From assembly GCA_963792585.1 (NCBI GenBank), contig CAWBWI010000001.1:256001-320000 (forward strand): a stretch of 64,000 bases of DNA, in the 5' to 3' direction. Below the pieces are notes generated by a model. It saw only the letters and a list, made by a program, of their open reading frames with translations, was not told the DNA's origin and ran no database searches. This DNA is from Candidatus Eiseniibacteriota bacterium. Its GTDB lineage: Bacteria > Eisenbacteria > RBG-16-71-46 > CAIMUX01 > VGJL01. The first letter of the stretch is position 1, and each line of letters opens with the position of its first letter. Shown piece after piece: positions 52,422 through 61,773 of this stretch. A program made the position numbers and the translations under genes.

Positions 52422-54596
52422 GTGAGATTACCCGAGTTAGCTTTCGGGCTCATGCTCCTAGGGTTGTGTGTTGCGCACTGCCCCGCCCAGGCGGAATGCA
52501 TCGACTATGGAGACTACATCCATCAGGTGAGCAAGCTGACCTTGCCCAGCCCCGGTCAAGAGATCTCGATTCAAGGTGACTACGCCTATATCGGTGGTTA
52601 CGATGCGGGGCTTTACGTGGTCGATATCAGCGACCTGGAAGCCCTGAACATCCTGAGCACCACAGCCATCCCGGGCCTTACGGGGGGCGTGTGCGTCCGG
52701 GGCGCACAAGCCTGCGTGACCGGTGCCATTTTCGACAGCGCGTACGTTGGTCTCATGCATTGCGTGGATGTCTCGGACCCACAGCACCCGGTTGTCCTCG
52801 GCGAGATACGCTTTCCAGCTTCGTCAGGGGCCGGTCGAGTTATTATGGACGGTCCATACGCATACGTGGCAACAGGGCGGGCAGGACTCTGGGTTGTCGA
52901 CATTTCGAATCCAGGCGATCCACGAATCGTGTCCAGTCAGCAGTTTTCCGACTTCTATGTAAGGGACTTCGCCGTGGCGGGGCCGTTGGCCTATGTTGCG
53001 CTCAACGGCGACATGGGGTCTGGAGGATTCCAGATCGTCGACATCTCGGATCCAATGAACATCCGGATGGTGGGCAGCCTGGATGTTCCGATCTTTGCAA
53101 TCTGTGTGGCCGTTTCCGGCTCCTATGCTTACCTCGGCGCTGCGGCCGCTTTCCACGCCATCGACGTCAGCAATCCCGAACACCCGTATATCGTCGGCAG
53201 TCTGGCGACTGTGGGAGCCGACGAACTGGTTCTGACGCAGACAGTTGCTTTCGTGAGCGACAACTACCTGGGCACGCTGGGCGCGATCGATATCTCGGAT
53301 CCCGCCAACCTTCACTTCGTGGGGGGGGTACCCAACGCCGCAGGCTGCGTGGCCATTCAGGGAACCCGTGCATTCACGACGGGTGGGAGAAACCCCTACT
53401 TCTGGGAAGGGGTTCTGCAGGTCCTGGACATCACGAATCCGCACAGCCCGCAACCCGCGAAGCTCTCGTTGCCTTGCACTGCGATTGCCGTGGACGTTTC
53501 GGGAGATTATGCCTATGTCGCGGATTACGACTGCGGCTTGAAGGTCGTAGATATCTCCGATCCTCGTAACCCTGAGGTCGTCGGCACCGCTTCGGAGTGT
53601 CCGTGGGCATCTGGCGTTGCCGTCAAGGGCGGCTACGCGTATGTCGGCTGCTACAGTTCACTAAATGTGGTCAACATCACCGATCCGACGAACCCGCATG
53701 TGACTGGCGTGGTAGAAGTAGACGCGCGCCGTCTGAGGGTTCAGGGGAACTATCTCTATGTTGCGAGTGCGGATCAACTCCGGATTTTCTCGATTGCAAG
53801 TCCCGCGTACCCGAGCTTGTTAGGTTCCGTCCAGACGGCCACGGAGATCGAGGCAGTGGCGATTGAAGGAGACTTCGCGTACCTCGCGGAGATGCAGGCC
53901 GGCATGCAAGTCGTGAACGTGGGCGATCCACTGCATCCGTACGTCATGGGCAGCATCGACGCGTCCGGATACGCCTATGGAATCGCGGCAAACGGAAGTT
54001 GCGTGTGCGTTGCCGACGACATGTATGGACTGGAGATCATCGATGTCGCGGATCCCTGGAACCCAACGCTCATCGCGAGCTTCCTGCCGGAGAACGCTGG
54101 AGTCGCGATATCCGGGAACTTCGCGTACTTCGGCGGCATGCAAGTGATTGATGTATCGAACCCATTGAGTCCCGATCTCGTGGGCTGCGTACCCGCCTGG
54201 GACTGGATCATGGATGCAGTCGTGGCCGGTGACAACGTCATCCTCGCGGGAGAGTCAGGTTTGGCGATCCTGCCCACGCACTGCGCGCAGGCGAATGTGA
54301 TGGATGGCACGGGTGTCGTCTCGATGCTGCCTCTGGAATCATTTCCGAGTCCGGCGTCAGGACAAACAACACTTCGGCTGGAGTTGCCGGTGGGAGGCCC
54401 TGTGCGTGCGGTCATCCTCGATGTCACGGGCCGTCGGGTGCGAGGTCTGCCTGATGGGGTATTGGGGGCTGGCGTTCACGACCTCCACTGGGACGGCAGG
54501 GATGACGCAGGCCGTGAGACCGCAGCGGGTGTCTACATTGCGAAGGTCTCAACGGCCGAGGGGGAGAGAACCACGCGAGTTGTGGTCTTGAAGTGA
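52422..54596 (+). CDS. Secreted LVIVD-repeat beta-propeller with FlgD-Ig domain
   Basis: Many G.YAYV.....GL.VVDISDP.NP repeats; C-terminal WDGRDDAGRETAAGVY. Confidence 0.9.
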   Translation: MRLPELAFGLMLLGLCVAHCPAQAECIDYGDYIHQVSKLTLPSPGQEISIQGDYAYIGGYDAGLYVVDISDLEALNILSTTAIPGLTGGVCVRGAQACVTGAIFDSAYVGLMHCVDVSDPQHPVVLGEIRFPASSGAGRVIMDGPYAYVATGRAGLWVVDISNPGDPRIVSSQQFSDFYVRDFAVAGPLAYVALNGDMGSGGFQIVDISDPMNIRMVGSLDVPIFAICVAVSGSYAYLGAAAAFHAIDVSNPEHPYIVGSLATVGADELVLTQTVAFVSDNYLGTLGAIDISDPANLHFVGGVPNAAGCVAIQGTRAFTTGGRNPYFWEGVLQVLDITNPHSPQPAKLSLPCTAIAVDVSGDYAYVADYDCGLKVVDISDPRNPEVVGTASECPWASGVAVKGGYAYVGCYSSLNVVNITDPTNPHVTGVVEVDARRLRVQGNYLYVASADQLRIFSIASPAYPSLLGSVQTATEIEAVAIEGDFAYLAEMQAGMQVVNVGDPLHPYVMGSIDASGYAYGIAANGSCVCVADDMYGLEIIDVADPWNPTLIASFLPENAGVAISGNFAYFGGMQVIDVSNPLSPDLVGCVPAWDWIMDAVVAGDNVILAGESGLAILPTHCAQANVMDGTGVVSMLPLESFPSPASGQTTLRLELPVGGPVRAVILDVTGRRVRGLPDGVLGAGVHDLHWDGRDDAGRETAAGVYIAKVSTAEGERTTRVVVLK

Positions 54597-54649
54597 AGCA
54601 GCGTCGTCAAGTCGGCCGTGAATGATGGACGGACCGGGCGACGCACCGC

Positions 54650-54899
54650 TTTACGCTCTCCGCTTCTCGCGCTACACTCGACACCGCCTGGACCGACTCC
54701 GTGCGTGCCCGAGGTGTCCGCCTCGAACGAGATAACCCGACCAGGCGAGGACGAAGAATGAGCCGCATGTGGCAGAACCGATTTGTGCTGCGAGCCGGGC
54801 CCGAGAGGGCCGGTCGAGCCATGCCTCCTCTTGCCGACCTGGCCTGCCGAGAATGCCGCCCATCTGCCCTATCACGGTTCTGGCTACTCAACGTTGGAT
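54650..54899 (+). promoter_or_regulatory. Integron-like platform copy 2 (TTTACG-17-TACACT ... GTTGGAT at 54893)
   Basis: Colinear with 10542-10791; the -10-to-GTT distance is the same (215 nt). Confidence 0.7.
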
Positions 54900-55289
54900 A
54901 CTTTGATCGCAGATGCTCGGACTCGGGCACTGGGAACCCACTACGGAACTTTGTGCTCCTTACCATCTTGATCACACTCGCTGGACTTGGTCTTGCCAGA
55001 GCACAGACCGCAGGGTAACTCCTTCCTGTGGTTGACTGTCACTGGGGGAGTTACCCCTTCCGCTTCTGTGACACAAGAACAGATACATCACCCTTGCGAA
55101 ACCTGTCATGGACCCAACTATCCCCCGCACGTATACTCATTGCGCGCTTCTCTCTGTCCTCGTTTGAAATCTCATTGTCGGTAGATCGAAGGAAGGCTCG
55201 GCCGTGAGAGTCGTCTCATCTGCCATCAGTCACGCACTACTCGGACCAATCTCTGTCTCGAACTCCCCTTCCATTGATGGAGGTGCCTT

Positions 55290-56246
55290 ATGAAGGCTCC
55301 GATGGGTTTCGTATTGGTTCTCTCTCTGCTCTCAATCGGCTCGCTCGCTAGCGCGCAGAGCACTGTATTCTTCGAGGAGGAGTTCAGTGGACCGAACCTG
55401 GACTCCGCCGTCTGGCGCACGGAGGTCGTCACCAGCGGGGTGCGGTGGTGCGATCCCTACTATGGCGGGACCTACTGGGGCCAAGGCTACTGGGTACCGG
55501 AAGGAACGCCGTGCAGCGGTACTGCGGCGCACTCGCCCTACGGTCACGTTGTCCTATCGGACGGATTGGTGCGGCTGACCTCGGGTGATTATGCCTTTCC
55601 CTATCTCGTGTTGCGGCTCCCAGGGACCGTCAGTCTATTCCCGGCGACGGGGGATTGGTCCTTCGAGGCAAGGCTCCGCTGTGAGCAGGAGTCTTCCTGG
55701 GGAACCTTCCTCACCGTGATGCAGACGGCGAGCACGGAGCCGGTGGGCAACACCCCGGTCACGTGGGCGGATGATGTCGTGATGCAACTCAGCGCGACAG
55801 GCGGAAGTTGGGATATCTGGGCCGCGCTGGACGGATCCGTCGGTCAGGTCGCGTTGGTCTCCTCGAATGTGTACGAATTCCACGTCTTCAGAATCGAGTG
55901 CCGCGGGAACTCATACACCATCAGCATCGATGGCGGCGTCGTCTACGGTCCGATCACGAGCACCCTCAGACCGACGGCCCTGTTCCTGGGCAACCCTGTT
56001 CTGTGCTCTTGGGGCTGCTTCGCGTGGCAGGAATACAGCGTTGACTACATCCGGGTCGAGCTACCGGGACCGCCGACCGGCGCGTGCTGCTTCCCTTCGG
56101 GCGGTTGCCTGGTGGGGACAGAGGCGGACTGCGGTGCGTCCGGCGGGAACTACATGGGCGACGGCACCTCCTGCGATCCCAGTCCATGCGAATCGACGCC
56201 GGTAAAGCGCAAGACTTTGGGTGAGGTGAAGTCGCTGTTCCGGTAA
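55290..56246 (+). CDS. Secreted beta-sandwich protein (paralog of 48638-49468) with GACC spacer and variant tail
   Basis: FFEEEFSGPNLDSAVWRTE, TGACCF..., TPVKRKTLGEVKSLFR*. Confidence 0.78.
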   Translation: MKAPMGFVLVLSLLSIGSLASAQSTVFFEEEFSGPNLDSAVWRTEVVTSGVRWCDPYYGGTYWGQGYWVPEGTPCSGTAAHSPYGHVVLSDGLVRLTSGDYAFPYLVLRLPGTVSLFPATGDWSFEARLRCEQESSWGTFLTVMQTASTEPVGNTPVTWADDVVMQLSATGGSWDIWAALDGSVGQVALVSSNVYEFHVFRIECRGNSYTISIDGGVVYGPITSTLRPTALFLGNPVLCSWGCFAWQEYSVDYIRVELPGPPTGACCFPSGGCLVGTEADCGASGGNYMGDGTSCDPSPCESTPVKRKTLGEVKSLFR

Positions 56247-56357
56247 TGCACGATCCAGATGGCCGCGGGGAAACTCGGCCGTAGAAGTACGCGACTCGCG
56301 AACCTGGAGTGGCTTGAGTGGCCAACGCTCTCAGCATGAGCAATGCCCGCTGCGGAC

Positions 56358-56597
56358 GGTTCACGAAACTGCGGTCTCCTGGTGAACGCTAGTGCGGGCA
56401 GTGGGTGCCGGGCGTGGGTGCCGGAGCGCGGGGGTTGCGGGGGACGGATCCAGGGATCACCCCAAGGGGGCCAAGGTAGAAACATCGGACACAGCCAAGA
56501 GGCGACGCCACCGACGACCGGACGGTCACTATCCCGACCGATCTGGGATCTTCGAAACGCCCGAAACTGTAACCGCGCTCATGGGACGACTCTGTGA
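56358..56597 (+). repeat. Repeat family L, partial copy 4 (interrupted by IS256)
   Basis: Matches 8555-8793 and becomes near-identical from 56445. Confidence 0.9.
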
Positions 56598-57882
56598 GGT
56601 AACGTCACGTGTTTTGTGTCACGAGCAGAAACGGGGTAGCCGCCCCTTCTCCCTTATTCGCGTAGTTGAAAACGGCATACAGGATCCGTTCGATGCTCGT
56701 CCGGTCGCTGAATGCCCCCATCGGACGGGTCCGACGCCGCACCTCCCGGAATCGACGCTCGATCGCATTTGTCGTCCGGCTCATCCGCTGCCACTCCGGC
56801 TGCTTCAGGTCGTAGTGGTTCAGCAGCTCATCGAGGTCCTTCATCAGGCATCGCACGGCCGCGTGGTAGAGCCCATCCCACCGGTCCCCGAAGCGGATGG
56901 CTGCCTGGATTGCCCGCATCCGGTTCTTCGCCCCGTAGATCTTCCTCAGATCCCGCTTCACCGCTTCCCAGTCTCCGACCCGTACCTTGTCCAGGATGTT
57001 GCGGACCTTATGCGCCCAGCAGCGCTGCACGGGGATCCGGGGATAGACGACCCGCAGAGCGGCTCGCAGCCCCCCACACCCGTCGATCGTGATCAGCTCC
57101 ACTCCCTTGCCCGTCAGCCCTCGCCGATAGAGATCGTTCAGAAGGCCTTCCCATGAGTCCTGGCCCTCAGAGCTCGCCAGCAGGAAGTCGATGATCTCCT
57201 TCCTCCCGTCCGGCTGGATCCCCAAAGCCACGAGAACCGGGCGTTTGCTCGCTCCCACGCCCGTCTTGCGCGAGAGCACCACTCCGTCGAACTGAAGCAC
57301 CCGGTACCGGTTCTTCAATGGCCGGCGATGAAACGCCTCGACCTCCGCGTCGAGAACTCGTGAGACCCGACTGACTGTCGAGGCGCTGACCCGCTCGCCC
57401 AGGATTGGCAGCAACGCCTCCGCGACCTTCCGTGTGGACAGGCCCAGAACAAAGCAGGCCAGAATGGCTCGATCGACATCTCCGCTGCGCCGCGCATAGG
57501 CTTGGGCCACAGAGATCGGACTGAAATGCCGTGTCCGGGGGATCGAAACCTCGATGTCACCCAAGGCCGTCAGCAAGTGCCTGCGATACGATCCGTTCCG
57601 GCGATCCTGCTCTCCACGACCGAGGGAGTCCTCGAGCCAAGAGCGTACCCGGTGATCCATCTCCTCCTCGAGACAACGCCGGAGACCCTCCCGCCCCGCC
57701 TCCTTCAGGTCTCCCCAGCCCTCGGGGTGGTGGTTCATCAGCCTCTTGATCACTCGACCCGCCTGACGCACACTCTTGACCGTCGCAAACGGCGACATGG
57801 GGTAACTCCTTTCTGTGGTCCCTCTAGACCCACATGGGAGCTACCCCTTCTTTCTGCCTGACACAAGACCTGATACATCACC
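56598..57882 (-). mobile_element. IS256-family insertion sequence with 9-bp TSD ACTCTGTGA
   Basis: TSD at 56589-56597 and 57883-57891; imperfect TIRs GGT...TTGTGTCA..GCAGAAA..GGGGTAGC; empty site visible at 8785-8793. Confidence 0.95.
56605..57798 (-). CDS. IS256-family (Mutator-type) transposase
   Basis: RRNGSYRR, IPRTR, GLSTRKV, FDG, ITIDG..GL, QRCWAHKVRN, RTTNAIERRFREVRRRTR. Confidence 0.95.
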   Translation of the reverse strand: MSPFATVKSVRQAGRVIKRLMNHHPEGWGDLKEAGREGLRRCLEEEMDHRVRSWLEDSLGRGEQDRRNGSYRRHLLTALGDIEVSIPRTRHFSPISVAQAYARRSGDVDRAILACFVLGLSTRKVAEALLPILGERVSASTVSRVSRVLDAEVEAFHRRPLKNRYRVLQFDGVVLSRKTGVGASKRPVLVALGIQPDGRKEIIDFLLASSEGQDSWEGLLNDLYRRGLTGKGVELITIDGCGGLRAALRVVYPRIPVQRCWAHKVRNILDKVRVGDWEAVKRDLRKIYGAKNRMRAIQAAIRFGDRWDGLYHAAVRCLMKDLDELLNHYDLKQPEWQRMSRTTNAIERRFREVRRRTRPMGAFSDRTSIERILYAVFNYANKGEGAATPFLLVTQNT

Positions 57883-58054
57883 ACTCTGTGAAATCCACTT
57901 GTCGCTTATCTCCGGTCAATCTACAATACTCGCGCGATCGTGAACCTCGCTTCTGCGATCACAGGCGGTGGCGGGGTGGGAGCTTGGATGACCCGGCCGC
58001 GCACAAGTCATTATCGCCCGCGGCTTGGTGAGTTCGTTGCAGGGGAGGGTGACC

Positions 58055-59573
58055 ATGAAGAGCCGCGAGCACTTCCGTTCCATTCACGTCCCGCGTCGGA
58101 CTGACGATCGCCTTCGGCCTCCGGCCTCGAGCAGACTCTCCACCCGAACCCTCCCGCCGCTGCTTGCGCTTTCATTGCTCCTTGGTCTAGCTGGTCAAGC
58201 CGGGGCGGTCACCTGGGGCGAGGATGTACGCCTCACGGATACCCTCGGGCAGTCCGCATGTCCGGTCGCTGCGCCAGATCCCTACGGTTATACCCACGTC
58301 GTGTGGCAGGACGACCGGGATGGCAACCTGGAGATCTACTACAAGCGCTGGGATGGATCATCGTGGGGGGCCGGACGAGCGCTTGACCGTACACGCGTCC
58401 ACATCCGAACTTCCTTGGTTGGCGGCGGACGCACTTGGCCGGGTCCACGTCGTCTGGGACGACGCTCGAAACGGCACCCATCAGGTCTACTACAAGTGCT
58501 TTGACGGCGAGTGGAGTGCGGATGTGGCCATCACCGACAGCGCCGACGGGCCGTGGCAGGCCTGTGTGGCGACGGATCCTCTCTCCAATGTTCATGTGAT
58601 CTGGGTGGAAAGCACAACGACAGTCAACACGAACGTCTTCTATAGGTGCCGCGACGCGAATGGATGGGGCCCCGTCACCCGTCTCTCCACGGGTTCGAAC
58701 CATGCGTTCCGTGAGCGGATTGCCTGCGATATCCGAGGATGGGTCCACGTCGTGTGGCAGGACACTCGCGACGGAAACCTGGAGATCTATCACAGAGTCT
58801 GGAGAGACGGTGCCTGGGGGCCCGAGGAGCGGCTGACAGAGGATCCAATGGACTCGCAACGCCCCGCGATCGCCACGGATCTGACAGGGCGGATCCATGT
58901 CGTGTGGGCAGATGACTGGACCAGCGACTCCGAGATGTACTACAAGGCTTGGGATGAGGAGACTGGATGGTCCGCGGCGAGCCAGCTGACGGAATGCGCG
59001 GGAGCCTCTGGCTACCCCAGCATCACGACTGACGGAGAGAACCGTGTGCATGTGGTCTGGACGGACGCGAGAGACGGCAATTCAGAGATCTACTACAAGA
59101 GTGGTGACGGAGGGATCTGGACCCCCGACGAACGCCTGACCCATGACTCTGCGGGGTCCGGACGTCCCTCGTTGATTGTCGATAGTCGCGGCCTTCTCCA
59201 TGTGTTTTGGTATGACCAACGTGACGGAAACGAGGAGATCTACGACAAGCAGGGGATCTCTCCTTCGGATGTGGCGCAGCAGGAAACACTGCCCGGAGAA
59301 GTCCGCGTTGACTGTGCGCCGAACCCCTTCCGGGGGCAGGTTCGACTCACCTTTGAGGGACCTCAGGCCGATCGAATCCAACTCCTGATCCAAGATGCAG
59401 GTGGGCGAAGGATCCGAAGGTTCTCTGAAGATGGCCCCTCCCAAACGCGCTACATCAACTGGGATGGTCGGGACGATTCGGGGATCCCGGTTGGATCCGG
59501 CGTCTACTTCTGGCATGTCATAGATTCTTCTGGCGATGGAGGCCGATCCGGTTCCTTCGTCAAGATTAGATAG
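58055..59573 (+). CDS. Duplicate of 8957-10474 (extra G in G-run at 58365-58370 shifts the frame)
   Basis: Near-identical nucleotide sequence; G6 here versus G5 at 9267-9271. Confidence 0.85.
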
Positions 59574-59640
59574 TATCGTCTCCAGACTGTCTCTCAGACC
59601 ACGGGATCGGAGCCCCTCCGGACTCCGACCTACGTATCGC

Positions 59641-59896
59641 TTTACCGACCCTTCCTCCCGCGCTACACTCGAACCCGCCTGGCCCGACTCCGTGCATGCC
59701 CGAGGTGTCCACCTCGAACGAGATAACCCAGCCAGGCAAGGAACGATGATGCGCCGCATGTGGCCGAACCGAGCTGGGCTCCAAGACGATTCCGTCAGGG
59801 GCGGGGGAGCCTTCTCTTGCCTCCACAACCTGACACTGTCCAATCGTGAACGCCATCCATCTGCCATGTCCCGCTTCTTACCTGTCGTTGTTGGCC
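59641..59896 (+). promoter_or_regulatory. Integron-like platform copy 3 (TTTACC-17-TACACT ... GTTGGCC at 59890)
   Basis: 5' half near-identical to copy 1, 3' half diverged. GTT is again 24 nt after ccatctgcc. Confidence 0.62.
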
Positions 59897-59932
59897 GTCA
59901 GTCAAAACCCCACCCACGCTGGAGTTCATGCT

Positions 59933-61280
59933 TTGCTCAATCGCGATATTAATTCACGTTTCGAGGATTGGCTTCTTAGCCCAAGCGAAACGCTCGATTT
60001 TGAAGTCAAGCAGTGGCTTGACATGACCGACGTCGAGTCCCAAGGCATCGTCGCGAAGGCTTTGATCGCACTCGCGAATCACGGTGGTGGTTTCCTGCTC
60101 TTTGGATATAAAGAAGACGCAACAAAGAAGTTGGTTCCGGATCCAGATCGTCCAGTATCGATGAAGCCGTATCTCACGGACGCAATCAACGCAATCCTCA
60201 AGAAGCGCGCTGAGCCAACGTTCCATGTGGAGGTAACGCTTCAACGTCACCCGGTTACGCAGGAGGAGTACCCACTGGTGCGCGTGCCTGGAGGATCCAA
60301 GGTGCCAGTGAGGTCGGATAGCGCCACTCCGGCAGGGAGTCTCAAGCAGTATGTCTATTACGTTCGTGCGCCCGGACCTGAGAGTCGGGGTCCACAGAAT
60401 GCCGCTGAATGGGACGCATTGCTGAGAAGGGCGCTGCTGAACCAACGTGACGAAATCGTCAGCCTGCTGCGTACGTTTTCCATGGCGGCCCCTGACGTAA
60501 GCATCAGCATACCCAGCAACGAACAGGAGATCCTTCATTCCTTCGTCGAAGCATCTGACTGCGCGATGGCATACTTTGAACGAAGCACTGCCCGCAAATC
60601 ATCCCTCGAAGATTACTAGGGGGCACTTCTTGTTCGCAGCGCGGATTCTCGGAAACGCCAAGCAAGTGTCAGCGCGAGAAATCATTGAAGCCAATCGGTC
60701 CGCGAGAAGCTACACAGGATGGTCTGTCTTCGTTACCCTCGACCAAGAGCAAGCAAAGCCGAAGCTCGTGGACGGTTGCATAGAAGCGTGGCTCGCTGAG
60801 ATTAAAGTACCCAGATGTCGGCATGCTGACTTCTGGAGGATCGATCCAACGGGCAACTTCTTCTTGCTACGTGGTTATCAGGAAGACTCGCTTGATCCAG
60901 AAAGAGGCTTTGGGAAGCCGGGAGAATTGTCCGAGGCCACGCTTCCGGTCTGGCGTGTTGGCGAGTTTCTTCGGGTGGCTGACCTCGCTGAAGTCATGTT
61001 CGAGCATGGCTTCGAGTTGATCGTTGAATGCCAATGGGACGGCCTTAGTGGCCGTCATCTGTTTTCCCATAATACGCGTCGGTACATTCCTGGTGGCTAC
61101 GCATCTGCTCAGGCGACCGTAACAACGAATGGTAAGTTTGCGCAAGTTATCGTACGCGAACTGCTGCCAGATGCCGTCAAAGCATTGACACTCCCGCTGT
61201 ACGAGCATTTTGATTTCTTCACTCCGCCGGATTCATTCTATTCGGAGGAACTCTCTGACATGACGAAGAACCGCTACTAA
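59933..61280 (+). CDS. AlbA_2/Schlafen-like domain protein (at least one indel near 60560)
   Basis: PSETLDFEVKQWLD, AKALIALANHGGGFLLFG, YYVRAPGPES; continues in ORF 60576-61280; lower GC. Confidence 0.8.
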
Positions 61281-61443
61281 AGGACGGAGGCGTACGCGAT
61301 GCCGGCGGGGCTGTGGCATACCCGTTCCTCCCACACGCCTCATCTACGTTCCGTGATGTGCGGGCAGGGGCCGACTCGCGGTAGGCTCACCGGTCCGCGA
61401 AGGGACCTTGACACGCGCCCTCTCCCCATGTAGAAACTAACCT

Positions 61444-61578
61444 ATCGCGGTGAACGCAGCGCGGTAGGACATATCACTAGACGGCGGCCTGGCGGCAAAG
61501 CGGAAGGCGTTGTGGGTGTTGCGAAGGCAACGGAACCACGACGTCTTTTTCGTTCCCAACCGCCTGATCGCAACTCCC
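61444..61578 (+). repeat. Repeat family D, copy 2
   Basis: Matches 15212-15343. Confidence 0.85.
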
Positions 61579-61630
61579 ACGAACAACTGAAGAAGGGCCG
61601 GGTTTCGGGAGCGGAACAACCGGGCCCGAA

Positions 61631-61744
61631 ATCGCCTATGGCACTTCCGGTTCCCCTCGACTATCATCGAGTGCGCAAGATCAAGGCGGGGGATAGGCGA
61701 CTCGTCGACCGGTCTCCGGGCGGATGGAGTTTGTAGGAGACACA
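61631..61744 (+). repeat. Solo copy of the right end of the rve-type IS
   Basis: atcgcctat...ccctcgac.atcatc.agtgcgc.agatcaaggc...cggatgg...tgtaggag.caca matches 63742-63855. Confidence 0.8.
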
Positions 61745-61773
61745 ACGAGTGACTGACTATAGGAGGCGATACC

